From positions 182,590,001 to 182,654,000 of the forward strand of contig OX597814.1 of the NCBI GenBank assembly GCA_951406725.2: a DNA stretch of 64,000 nt. The letters run 5' to 3'. Below are positions 1 to 11,436 of this stretch, in pieces. The first letter of the stretch is position 1, and each line of letters starts with the position of its first letter. The stretch is from Octopus vulgaris. Taxonomy: Eukaryota. The translations under genes were made by a program, and so were the position numbers. Below the pieces are notes generated by a model. It had not been told where the DNA came from. It ran no database searches and saw only the letters and a program-made list of their open reading frames with translations.

Positions 1-43
1 AGACTATCACCTATAAGGTGTTCTCTTTAAAAGGACTGAACAG

Positions 44-775
44 GTGGAAGCGAATACAGAAAGAGTGCTAAGAGAGAGGTCAAAAGAAATCACATACATC
101 ATAAAAGGAAAAAGATACGGAACAATGGTCGTCCAATTTAGTACAGCTGAAGAGGCAATGAGGCTGGCAAGTGTGGTGGTGAAAACGGAGGAGGTAGTGC
201 TTCTGCCCAAATACCTGGGAAGAAAAACTTCTAAAGTGAGGGTAGAAGCAATTCTGCCGGATGTTGAAGGGGCTTGGGTAGCGACAGCTATCCTTGTTGG
301 AAGCGAGGAGAAGGTGGCTGTCCTCCAAGCCACAGAAACAGAAGACGGAGGGTGCAAAGGAAGGACGCTCAAATTAATCATTCAGATGGAGGAGGAACAA
401 CTTGAGAACTTGGCAGAGACTGTGACACTGGGGGAAATCGTGCTGAGGGTGTGGGTAGAGGGCAGAGTACCATGTTACTTTAAATGTGGCCAAAAGGGCC
501 ACATTAGAGCATACTGCCCTCTACGAAAGACTACGGCCGAGGATGTGGTTGCGGAGACAGAAGAGAAAAGAGAGGAAGAAGAAAAAATAGACGAAGGAAG
601 CGATGAAAAGGACGAATGGAAAGTTGCAGAGCGCACAAGAAGAAAGAGAAAAAAAAGAAAAGACACTGAGTATGATGTGGCACCCCAGTCCAACCCCATC
701 CCACCCAAGACCATTCAGACCCACCCACCCCATTTCCCCTCAAGAAAAAAAGGAAAAAAAGAACAGACACCATAA
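44..775 (+). mobile_element. Non-LTR retrotransposon ORF1/gag-like fragment with a degenerate CCHC zinc knuckle
   Basis: The ORF contains CYFKCGQKGHIRAYC (CX2CX4HX4C-like) after an RRM-like region (VVQFSTAEEA...LRVWVEGR), then an acidic/basic tail (WKVAERTRRKRKK). No ORF2 follows. Confidence 0.6.
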
Positions 776-1103
776 AATTTAGAAGACCCCCCCCTCCCGG
801 CAAAAAAGGTTATGAATGCATGACGGAGAGAAGGTTACCATCAAGTGACAGGATTGAACGAAAAGAGAAAAAGGACTCAGGACCTAGAGACAGCGAGTTG
901 TGTTACTCAGTGTGGGGTGAGTAGCACACTCTTCATAATATCATTTTCAGATATCATTCATATTATCATATTTTAATTTGTTCTTCATGTGCATTTTCAT
1001 GTTCATTCATTATATCATATTTTATTTTTTAATTGTTATATGTCCCCACATGCGTTGTAGTGTCCCATCTGTGTACTGCCTTTTTGGCAAATTTAATAAA
1101 ATA

Positions 1104-1448
1104 AAGTAGTTTGCTTACGAACCACATGGTTCCGGGTTTAGTCCCACGGCAAGTGTCTTCTACTTTAGCCTCGGGCCGACCAAAGCCTTGTGAGTGGATT
1201 TGGTAGACGGAAACTGAAAGAAGCCTGTCGTATATATGTATATGTTTGTGTGTCTGTGTTTGTCCCCCCAACATCGCTTGACAACCAATGCTGGTGTGTT
1301 TACGTCCCTGTAACTTAGCAATTCGGCAAGTGATACCGATAGAATAAGTACTAGGCTTACAAAGAATAAGTCCTGGGGTCGATTTGCTTGACTAAAGGCA
1401 GTGCTCCAGCATGGCCACAGTCACATGACTGAAACAAGTAAAAGAGTA
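1104..1448 (+). mobile_element. tRNA-derived SINE family A, 5'-truncated
   Basis: B-box-like GGGTTTAGTCCC, internal (TA)n(TG)n and the shared tail CCAGCATGGCCACAGTCA..TGACTGAAACAAGTAAAAGAG; many near-identical copies occur in the window. Confidence 0.85.
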
Positions 1449-1625
1449 TACCCAACTCCCCATCATGAACAGTATGCAACTAGAACTCACAGTTATTACA
1501 AACACTAGGCGTCATCATCACTGAGGATCTCTCCTGGCAAAGCATACGAAAAAAACAAACGATGAAGACAGGTGGTGTACAAAATAAACAGATGTATTAG
1601 TATAACGCTCGGGAATAGAAAAAGT

Positions 1626-1661
1626 CTTTTACGTTTCGAGCCTACGCTCTTCTACAGAAAG
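1626..1661 (-). ncRNA. Minimal type-I hammerhead-like motif (core variant CUGUAGA) in a Penelope-type repeat
   Basis: Minus strand reads CTTT CTGTAGA A GAGC-GTAG-GCTC GAAA CG TA AAAG. Confidence 0.55.
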
Positions 1662-1723
1662 GGTCACAGAAGAAACAAGGGGAGAAAAAAATGTGTGTAG
1701 TGACTAACAATCTATCATGGCGA

Positions 1724-1770
<47 letters not shown>

Positions 1771-1862
1771 GATAATAATAATAAATGACAACAAAAAAAT
1801 GAGACCTTGATATTAAGTAAATAGAGGAATTTATATATATATAGTTTAGGGCAATCAGTAAG

Positions 1863-1937
1863 TTGTCATAATAGGACTCAGAGTTTCAAATGCCAGTGCT
1901 AAGAGCTACGATGCATTCTCATCGGCCATTATGACAA
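1863..1937 (-). ncRNA. Type-I hammerhead ribozyme-like motif (core CCGAUGA) in an inverted Penelope pLTR-like repeat
   Basis: Minus strand reads TTGTCATAATGG CCGATGA G AATGC...GCATT T GAAA CTC T GAG TC CTATTATGACAA, giving a 12-bp stem I, stem II, stem III and a GUC site. Confidence 0.7.
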
Positions 1938-2383
1938 TAGATGCTATAAAAAAAAACATTGAATAAAAGGGAAGTTACTCCAATAGGTAGGATAAAATAT
2001 AAAAGATAAAAAATACGCACAACCATATTCTTACAATACATAGACATAAAACCTCCTGTTAAGGTTTTGCCCCCCCCCCACCTTCCACCGGATCACGGAT
2101 AGAATTTGCATTTTTACTTTGTTCCTGTACAAGCTTTCCATATGTCTTAACATGTTTTATTGTTTCATATATTTTTTCATTTTTCCTTTTTAATGGTGTG
2201 ACTGGACATGTGTGAGTATATGTATGTATATATTAAATGTGTATATATGTGTACGCGTGTATGTATGTATACGAGTGCAGGACTGTGTCCAGTACATAGG
2301 GGCAACTTTTATGCACACATCTCCTTTTATACATATATATATATACATACGAAATCATAAAGAGCAAAAGGCAACCCAAATCA

Positions 2384-2848
2384 TTGAAAACCATCCTAAC
2401 AAATGCCAAAGTACTGCCAACCACAACAACTAAACCCACAGTAAACAAATGCAATAGACCCAACTGTGGTATATGCATCAACCTAATAGAAGGTCCGGAA
2501 TTCCTTTTTAAACAAGGACAACGTTTCACAGTAAAACACAACTTCACATGCGCATCAGAAAACCTAGTATATGTCTTAACTTGCTCGGGCTGTAATGAAC
2601 ACTACATAGGCCAAACTAAAAATAACCTCCGCCAACGCATGACTGTCCACAGATCCCAAATAAAAATACAGGAATACAGAAAAATAGCACTTAGTGCACA
2701 TATTGATACCTGTGTCACACAACTTCATCCCAATTTTAGAATCTCTCCCCTCTACAAATTTAAAGACAATGCCACTCATACCCAGCGAATAACCATGGAA
2801 TCCCACCTTATTAATAAATACAGACCACTTCTAAACGCATCCCCCTAA
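2384..2848 (+). mobile_element. Penelope-like element, C-terminal GIY-YIG endonuclease fragment (5'-truncated)
   Basis: CNRPNCGIC linker, FTCASENLVYVLTCSGCNEHYIGQT (GIY-YIG), LRQRMTVH and ESHLINKYRPLLN, typical of PLE endonucleases with a Cys/His linker. Confidence 0.85.
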
Positions 2849-4119
2849 CACGAACCCACAACAAACACACTTACACCTGCACACACCCTACACACACTTT
2901 TACCCAGATATTAACACCATGACACACGCAAATATATGGTTCCACACGTACACATAATTTGATACGGGTGCAAAACATCCAACACTATTTTTTGGAAATG
3001 ACTGTAAATATTGACTTCACACAAACACATTGCTTCCCAATACAGGCACAAGGCCAGCAGAACTATAAATATTGAAAATTGTACCCACACACGCACACAT
3101 ATATATACACGCGCGCGCGCCCCAACATACATATAAACACACACACACACACGCGCACACATACATACATATAGCTCTTCCTGTCCTAAATGAACTTACT
3201 TATCCAGCTCAAATTCAGTCAAGCGGAAAATACACTCCTTAACTAAGTGCTAAAAAAAGCTATTTAAAATATCCACATGACATCTACTGACCAGCCTGAA
3301 CAATAAGAATTTTCAACAATGCTATTTTCGAAAACTCCATACACCACCCACAGCAACATTCATGTGACCTCTCTATTATGACCACATCCACGTGACCTCT
3401 TTATTATGACCAATAAGAAATTTTAGGCGCGACACTAGCCAAATTTTAACATCTATTTTCTTACCCCAACACCAACTTCCATTCAAACATTCGCGTGACC
3501 CCTTTATAATGACCAATCAAAATTGTATTGACCACTGTCCACAAGAAATTTTAGGTGCAAAACCAAGCAAATCTTAAACAACTCTGGAGCCTCTTTTTTT
3601 ACATATAAGAGACAGCAAACCCAACATAAAGTCAGATAAGAGAAAAAAATCTATCAGAAAGGAACTCTATCTCTCTTAAAAAAATATCTTTTGATAAGCA
3701 TAACAAATGCGCAACCGGTAAAAAGAACTTTCACCTAATTAAATACACTCTCCCTTACTTAAATTATTTTGTCAGCATTTTCTTCATTTCCTTTTTTTAT
3801 ATATCACAACTCGTGTTCCACATCTCCTTTTTTAAATATATATATATATATATATATATATGCATATATATATATATGCATATGCTTGCATATCTTCAGT
3901 TGTAGGTGTGTGATAGTGGCATGTATATGTGTGTGTGTGTGAGAATTCATGAAAAAAACAAGACGAAGACAGGTGGTGTAGACAACAAACATATATATAT
4001 ATATATATATGTGTGTGTGTATATATATATATATCTGTGTACATATGTACATATATGTATATTCATATATGTGGTGAGTGTGAATGTATGCCTGTATGAG
4101 TATGTATGTATGTATATAT

Positions 4120-5948
4120 CATCATCATCATCATCGTTTAACGTCCGTTTTCCGCGCTAGCACGGGTTGGACGGTTCGACCGGGGTCTGGGAAGCCAGGG
4201 GCCGCTCCAGGCTCCAGTCTGATCTGGCAGAGTTTCTACGGCTGGATGCCCTTCCTAACGCCAACCACTCCGTGAGTGGAGTGGGTGCTTTTTACGTGCC
4301 ACCTGCACAGGGGCCGGGGTGTCCGGCATCGGTCACGATCGGTTCGAGCTTTTAACGTGCCAGCGGCACGGGGGCAACGGGATCCGGGGTACTTTGAATG
4401 GGTAGGGGGTATGTGGAATTGCTGCAGAAAGCAGCCCGGGTCTTTGCAGTCACAGCATATCTCCAGAGATCTCGGTTCTTCGCCATTGCCTCAGTGAGGC
4501 CCAATGCTCTGAGGTCATGCTTGACTACCTCATCCCATGTCTTTCTGGGTCTACCTCTCCCCCTGATACCTTCAACTGTTTGGGAGTGGCACTTCTTCAC
4601 ACTTCTCTCTTCATCCATCCGCAGCACATGACCATACCATCGCAAGCGTCGCTCTTGCACACCACATCTGATGCTTCTTATATCCAGCATTTCTCTCAGG
4701 ATGCTTACACTCTGTCTTGCGTGCACACTGACACTACACATCCAGCGGATCATGCTAGCTTCATTTCTTTCAAGTCTACGCATGTCCTCTGCAGTCACAG
4801 CCCATGTTTCATTACCGTGAAGTATGGCAGTTCGCACACATGCATCATACAATCTACCTTTCGCTCTGAGGGAGAGACCTTTTGTTGCCAGTAGGGGTAG
4901 GAGCTTTCTGAACTTTGCCCAGGCTATTTGTATTCTAGTGGTGATACTCTCTGTGCATCCACCTCCGCTACTAACTTGGTCACCCAGGTAGTGGAAACTA
5001 TCAACTACTTCTAGTTTCTCTCCCTGGAGTGTGATGGAATCTGTTTTCTGAGTGTCTGTTGTGTCTATTGTCCCTGTGCATCTGCCGCACATGAAAGCTA
5101 TCTTATCTGTTAATTTCCCTTTAATGTTGCTGCACCTCTTATGTGTCCATAGCTTACATTGGGTGCATCTTATGGAGTTTCTACCTGTACCTTTCCTACA
5201 GATTGAGCATGGCCACCTACCCGAGGGTGTGTGTGCTGAGTACCTCTTGCTGCTTACTAATACTTTGGTCTTTGCTACATTTATTCTAAGGCCCTTTGAT
5301 TCTAACCCTTGCTTCCACACCCGAAATTTCTTTTCTAGTTCCGGTAGTGATTCTGCTATGAGAGCTAGGTCATCGGCATAGAGGAGCTCCCAGGGGCATC
5401 CCGTTTTGAATTCCTCTGTTATTGCCTGAAGGACTATGATGAATAAAAGGGGACTGAGGGCTGAGCCCTGGTGCACACCTACTTCTACCCGGAATTCTTC
5501 ACTATATTCGTTGCCAATCCTAACCTTGCTGACAGCCTCTCTGTATAGAGCCTGTACAGCCCTTATTAGCCATTCGTCAATCTCCAGTTTCCGCATCGAC
5601 CACCAGATAAGGGAACGGGGAACCCTGTCAAAGGCTTTCTCCAAGTCTACAAAAGCTATGTAGAGGGGTTTATCTTTAGCTAGGTACTTCTCCTGCAGTT
5701 GTCGGACCAGGAATATAGCATCAGTGGTGCTTCTACCTGGTACAAAACCGAACTGCATTTCATCTAAACAAATTCTCTCCCTAATGAGATGGGTTATGAC
5801 CTTCTCTGAGACCTTCATCACCTGGTCCAACAGTTTGATACCTCTGTAGTTATTTCTATCTAGAGCATCACCCTTACCCTTGTAGCAGTTGACTATGGTG
5901 CTGCTGCACCAGTCATTGGGTATGACTCCATTGTGAACTACCTGGTTT
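4120..5948 (-). mobile_element. RTE-clade LINE, 5'-truncated, with an open reverse transcriptase ORF (4352-5974) and (GAT)n tail
   Basis: RT motifs NYRGIKLL, QFGFVPGRST, FVDLEKAFD, GVHQGSALSP, LLYADD and RRLRWYGHV; inserted in a (TA)n tract. Confidence 0.95.
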
Positions 5949-6435
5949 ATATATATATAACACAGACGGGACATTCGAAGCCTTCAATCTTCAGTCAAGA
6001 ACCGGAACATCCTTGCAATTTCGGCTGATTAATCTTGAGATTGCTCCAATCTGGCCAGCCCAAGGAAAAACTAAGCTAAGCGCATTAGATTCCTTGGAAA
6101 AAAGCTTCGAATATATATGAAACAAGGACGGAAAATGGACGATGTTACACGAATATGAATACAAAAATAGGGACGGAATGCGTATGTTTATATGTATAAT
6201 TGTCTAAATATATATGTAGACATATACCTATGCATATATGAAGATGAAGTTTGCATGCATATATGTGTGTATGTGCGTGGATATGTGTATGACTATGTAA
6301 ATGCACATATATGTTTGTGTGTGTGTATGGGCATGTACATATACATGTTTGTGTGAGTATGTACGTATGTAGATGTTTATGAACGCAGGAGGTTTTTATG
6401 TCTATGTATTGTGAGAATATGGTTGCGTGTATTTT

Positions 6436-6607
6436 TTAACTTTTATATTTTTTTCCTACTCTATTAGAATAACTTTTCTTTTATTCAACGTTTTTTTTTA
6501 TAGCATCTATTGTCATAATAGTCTTTGAGAATGCATCATAGCTCTTAGCTCTGGCATTAGAAACTCTGAGTTCCTATTATGACAACTTACTGATTGCCCT
6601 AAACTAT

Positions 6608-6608
<1 letters not shown>
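6436..6608 (+). repeat. Second copy of the pLTR-like repeat, inverted relative to about 1843-2005, with a decayed hammerhead at 6510-6585
   Basis: About 170 bp of reverse-complement similarity; TTGTCATAATAG tctttga GAATGC...GCATTA GAAA CTCTGAG TTC CTATTATGACAA. Confidence 0.75.
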
Positions 6609-6645
<37 letters not shown>

Positions 6646-6709
6646 GTTATACTATTTATATTTCTTACTTTTTGTAGTTTTTATATATATATTTATATTA
6701 CTTTTCTAG

Positions 6710-6910
6710 TATGAAGCATCGTGGAAGAGATAGAAGCTACTCTCCTAGGAGATATGGACGAAGCAGGTCACCTCGTGATAGGAAACAAAGAACTACTGAA
6801 GATCGTCGTGCTAAGCGCCATGCTGAAGAGTTTAAAGGACCTGTAGATAAATTCAAAGACAGTTTGTCTGAGGGTTTGTTTTTGCAAGTTGAAATATCTT
6901 CTGAAGAAGA
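6710..6910 (+). CDS. PRPF4B: PRP4 kinase exon (RS-rich region ...DKFKDSLSEG)
   Basis: Acceptor ttttctag, donor gtaagt at 6911; RSRSPRDRK and DKFKDSLSEGL match PRP4K. Confidence 0.9.
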
Positions 6911-7036
6911 GTAAGTACTTCTGTCCTTTTTTATTTTTTAGTGGCATTTGAGTGTAGTATTTTTTCAGTATTCTTAAACTGTTCTTCTCAATCTTATCAA
7001 CCTTCCTCATTATTACTCCTTCCCTCAGTTGAGGGG

Positions 7037-7522
7037 TCATCATCATCATTATCATCATTGTTTAATGTCCGTTTTCCATGCTAGCATGGGTTGGACAGTT
7101 CGACCGGGGTCTGGGAGGCCGGGAGGCTGCACCAGGCTCCAGTCTGATCTCGCAGTGTTTCTTCAGCTGGATGCTCTTCCTAACACCAACCACTCCGTGA
7201 GTGTAGTGGGTGCTTTTTACGTGCCACCGGCACGGGCCAGGGGAGGCTGGCAACGGCCAATATCAGTTGGTGCTTTTTATGTGCCACTGGCACGGAAGCG
7301 TCTTGTAAATTATTTGGTGACATCATTGCTGCTGGCACCACATGACAAGCACCCAGTCCACACTGTAAAATGGTTGGCATTAGGAAGGGCATCCAGCTAT
7401 AAAAACCATACCAAAGCAGACAATAGAGCATGGCACAAGTCTTCTGACTTGCCCGGTCCTGTCAAACCATCCAACCCATGCCAGCATGGAAAGTAGACAT
7501 CAAATAATGATGGTGATGATGA
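7037..7522. mobile_element. Two RTE 3'-tail fragments in inverted orientation
   Basis: An (ATC)n-led minus copy from 7037 and a plus copy ending in (GAT)n near 7522; both carry GGAAGGGCATCCAGC...CCAACCCATGC. Confidence 0.8.
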
Positions 7523-8472
7523 TTGGTTGTCAGATTAGATTGAGTTTCAGTTAAGTCTAGTAAAGAGTTGGATTCAGTAAATTTGTTGGAATATTTTTGT
7601 TTAATAAGCTGACATTCTGAAAACAACTGTAAATTATTCTGAAATCTTTTTGCTTTAGATCGAACCAGCTATTGTAATAATTGATAGATTTTAGTTAATT
7701 GCAATGTCCGTCATTTTGGTGACATGCAATCACATGACTTGTGATTAATCTATTTGTGTCGATATCGAGAGGTTTTATCTTTCTCTGTTATAGTTACTTT
7801 TTGTCAACAGTGCTAATTACTGTTTTGAATGTAAATTATATTGATAAGGAGTTTTATTTATACATTGCTTTATAAATAGCTTTCTACCCTGCCATTTTTC
7901 TAGTGTAAGTGGTGGTGGTGGTGGTGGTTGCAGCTGAGGAGGTGAGACTTTTGTTTTGAGGTCCATCCTCTACTTGTGTCCATTTGCAAGTATTGCACCA
8001 ACTGATAAGGATACCAAGTTTCAAACCAAGAACATTATGCTTCCTGGCTGAATACTCTACTCACAGACTGATTATTTGGTATGAAGCTAAGTTTTTATTA
8101 ATAAGAAAATGTTGATGATAATTAGTAATAATGGTAACATATAGTGAATACACAAATAAAATATAATGAGTTATTAAGTAGTATCTGATATGATAAATAT
8201 TTGTCAGTGCTATAATTACGATGTGTATGTCAAGCAAGTAAGATATTGGCTATGTCTCCAAATGTATCTGCAGTTACTTTTGACATCTAATTACCAGAAA
8301 GTCCAATAATTAATGTAGAAGAAAATTATTGTGATATTAATCAGCTTCAATTAAGTGAACATGTCTTTTCCATTTTTGTTGCTCTTTATCTTTTCTAAGT
8401 TGTTTTTTTAATTGAATTTTTGTTTATTTTTTATGCCAAGTACAATGTTCTTTGAAAAATTACTTTTTAATA

Positions 8473-8875
8473 GGCGTAGAAGAGATTGTGTGGTAAGTAG
8501 CTTGCTTACCAACCACATGGTTCTGGGTTCAGTCCCACTGTGTGGCACCTTAGGCAAGTGTCTTCTACTATAGCCTCAGGCCGACCAAAGCCTTGTGAGT
8601 GGATTTGGTAGACAGAAACTGAAAGAAGCCCGTCGTATATATGTATATATATGTTTGTGTTTGTGTGTTTGTGTTTGTGTGTCTGTGTTTGTCCCCACAA
8701 CATCGCTTGACAACCGATGCTGGTGTGTTTACATCCCCATAACTTAGCAGTTTGGCAAAAGAGACCGATAGAATAAGTACTAGGCTTACAAAGATTAAGT
8801 CCTGGGGTTGATTTGCTCGCTAAAGGCGGTGTCCAGCATGGCCGCAGTCAAATGACTGAAACAAGTAAAAGAGTA
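8473..8875 (+). mobile_element. tRNA-derived SINE family A, full length
   Basis: A-box-like TGTGTGGTAAG, B box GGTTCAGTCCC, CTTAGGCAAGT core and the shared tail. Confidence 0.9.
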
Positions 8876-9303
8876 ATATTATTTTTTTTTATTTTTAAAA
8901 TGTCTCATAACTTTTATTATAGCTCTCTTAATGCTAACCCTTCCACTGCCAAGTGTCGGTTGTACATAATTTTATTGTCAAGTTCATGCAAATGTCTCAG
9001 CTTACAAAAATCATCCCACTTGTTCTATAATTAAGAAATAGATCTAAAGTCTAGAAAAAAAAATATCACAATTTTATCCATTTCATTCTATGTTGTTGAT
9101 GACTTTTAGAAAAACAAAAGTATCTCAGCTAATGATTTTCATCCAATGTCTTAGGTTTGAAACAACAAGTAAACTATTATAATCAGCAGCTTTTTCTTCA
9201 TTTAATACCAAAATTAGTTACTAGTAGATATATTCACATAGTTAAAATGCTATTAATATTGTGTGTAATTATTAAAAGAGTCAAGTTTTTTTCACTTTTC
9301 CAT

Positions 9304-9628
9304 CCTAATGAGACGTCATGCCCTCCGTCGTCAACCAGGAGAATTCATCTACAAAGCAATTGCCCCAGCTCCCCTTCAGGGTTGGCGAAAGCAATGTGGT
9401 GGACAACGAAAAACCTGGCTGACGACGGTCAAGGCTGATCTGGAACCTAACCTAGGACCCATATCTACGGCATTCGCCGCTGGAATAAGGAGTGGTTGAA
9501 GATCATGCGGTCATTAGCCTCAAATCGCCAGGCCTAGTCAGCGTTTGTGAGAGATGCAGCATTGAGGATGAATGAAGCCAGCTCAACCCACCCCGGTTGA
9601 ATGCTGTAAGAAGAAGAAGAAGAAGAAA
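9304..9628 (+). mobile_element. 3' fragment of a second RTE-type LINE with a (GAA)n tail
   Basis: Encodes ...GWRKQCGGQRKTWLTTVKADL; 10-bp TSD ACTTTTCCAT at 9294-9303 and 9629-9638. Confidence 0.75.
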
Positions 9629-10260
9629 ACTTTTCCATATAGGTTTACTGGCATTTTAAGATAGATAGAAAATTTGATAATTTACACATCTTATTTTTTA
9701 CTATTTACTCTTTGTTAAATAATGTCGCTACTGATGTTTTTTGTTAAAAAGGCATAATAACTTTGCCTGAACATGCCTTAAGTCTGAAGATAGCTTATCA
9801 AAAAAAGCATTCAGTAGGCATTAACGACTCTGGCTATCCCATCCTTAATGTAGGTCATTTTTTATAAGAACTTACAAAGCATTTCATACATGCTTTTGTA
9901 AGTTTTAACACTAGCTTTTAAACTGGTGATATCCAGCTAAATATTCCACCAATTTTATGTTCAAACTGGTCAGATCTAGCCTCTTACACCTACCCCCTAC
10001 TATGTCATTCTAACGATAAAAAAGCTCTTCATAGAAATGTTGAAGCTACAAGATAATGCATGATAAATTTTTAAAGATCTGAATAACTAAGCATTACATT
10101 TGACAGAGTAACCTGAATGCAAATGGATTAAAGCTGAAAGAATGTTTAGTGAGAGATTTTGCTGCTGCACATAGTAAGTCAATCATTTGCATAGAAATAC
10201 TGTCGTTGATTCATGATGTGAAGTACGTCATGTGATATTTCCAATAATAATAATTTTCTA

Positions 10261-11118
10261 AGCGTAGGAGTGGCTGTGTGGTAAGTAGCTTGCTTACGAA
10301 CCGCATGGTTCCGGGTTCAGTCCCACTGCGTGGCACCTTGGGCAAGTGTCTTCTACTATAGCCTCGGACCGACCAAAGTCTTGCGAGTGAATTTGGTAGA
10401 CGGAAACTGAAAGAAGCCCGTCGTATATATGTATATATATATGTGTGTGTGTTTGTGTGTCTGTGTTTGTCCCCCCAACATCGATTGACAGCCGATGCTG
10501 GTGTGTTTACGTCCCCGTAACTTAGCGGTTCGGCAAAAGAGACTGATAGAATAAGTACTAGGCTTACAAAGAATAAGTCCTGGGGTTGATTTGCTCGACT
10601 AAAGAGACCGATAGAATAAGTACAAGGCTTACAAAGAATAAGTCCTGGGGTTGATTTGCTCGACTAAAGAGACCGATAGAATAAGTACTAGGCTTACAAA
10701 GAATAAGTCCTGGGGTTGATTTGCTCGACTAAAGAGACCGATAGAATAAGTACAAGGCTTACAAAGAATAAGTCCTGGGGTTGATTTGCTCGACTAAAGA
10801 GACCGATAGAATAAGTACTAGGCTTACAAAGAATAAGTCCTGGGGTTGATTTGCTCGACTAAAGAGACCAATAGAATAAGTACAAGGCTTACAAAGAATA
10901 AGTCCTGGGGTTGATTTGCTTGACTAAAGAGACCGATAGAATAAGTACTAGGCTTACAAAGAATAAGTCCTGGGGTTGATTTGCTCGACTAAAGAGACCG
11001 ATAGAATAAGTACTAGGCTTACAAAGAATAAGTCCTGGGGTCGATTTGCTCGACTAAAGGCGGTGCTCCAGCATGGCGACAGTCAAATGACTGAAACAAA
11101 TAAAAGAGTAAAAGAGTA
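10261..11118 (+). mobile_element. SINE family A copy with an internal 8 x 65-bp tandem expansion
   Basis: Normal head and tail; the repeated unit spans 10536-11055. Confidence 0.92.
10536..11055 (+). repeat. Minisatellite, 8 x 65 bp, derived from the SINE body
   Basis: Unit AAAGAGACCGATAGAATAAGTAC(T/A)AGGCTTACAAAGAATAAGTCCTGGGGTTGATTTGCTCGACT starts at 10536, 10601, 10666 and so on to 10991. Confidence 0.95.
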
Positions 11119-11181
11119 TTAATATTTTTAAAGTTTTTAATATTTTACTATAATGCTTATTAGTTAATGTTTCTATTTCAG

Positions 11182-11269
11182 AGGTGATTTAGATTTTTCT
11201 GAAAAGGAAGATGATGATGTGGATGCAATTATTGAAAAACGTAGGAAAGAAAGAGAAGCATTGTTAGAG
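11182..11269 (+). CDS. PRPF4B: PRP4 kinase exon (EDDDVDAIIEKRRKEREALLE)
   Basis: tttcag and gtaata splice sites; phase fits both neighbours; conserved 'IE.RR..R.A' helix. Confidence 0.9.
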
Positions 11270-11436
11270 GTAATATATTTGGTTACTATCAACAGAGTTA
11301 AACTGAATTCTAATAAACGTGTATTTCTTGTGGTATTTTTTTGTCTTTCCAAATTTATTAACAATTTCTTAATTTTGTTTTCATGGTTCTAGGTAATTGT
11401 TTGAGATAGTTCTATAAGAAATTTGTACCCAATTTA

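Noticed and set aside
4084-4355. Recurrent short ORFs such as 'LRLDALPNANHSVSVVGAFYVPP' and 'YDGLLSVSVYQIHSQGFGRPEA'
   Set aside because: They are antisense translations of RTE tails and SINE A, not genes.
5960-6170. Possible further hammerhead in a PLE-like repeat next to the RTE 5' end
   Set aside because: The minus strand has CAGCC-GAAA and CCTTG/CAAGG pairing but no credible CUGANGA-like core at the right spacing.
6711-6713. ATG as the PRPF4B start codon
   Set aside because: It lies 1 nt after a strong acceptor and the long N-terminal K/RS region is missing, so this is an internal exon.
10536-11055. CRISPR-like regular repeat array
   Set aside because: The units are contiguous and near-identical with no unique spacers, they derive from a SINE, the context is eukaryotic and there are no cas genes.
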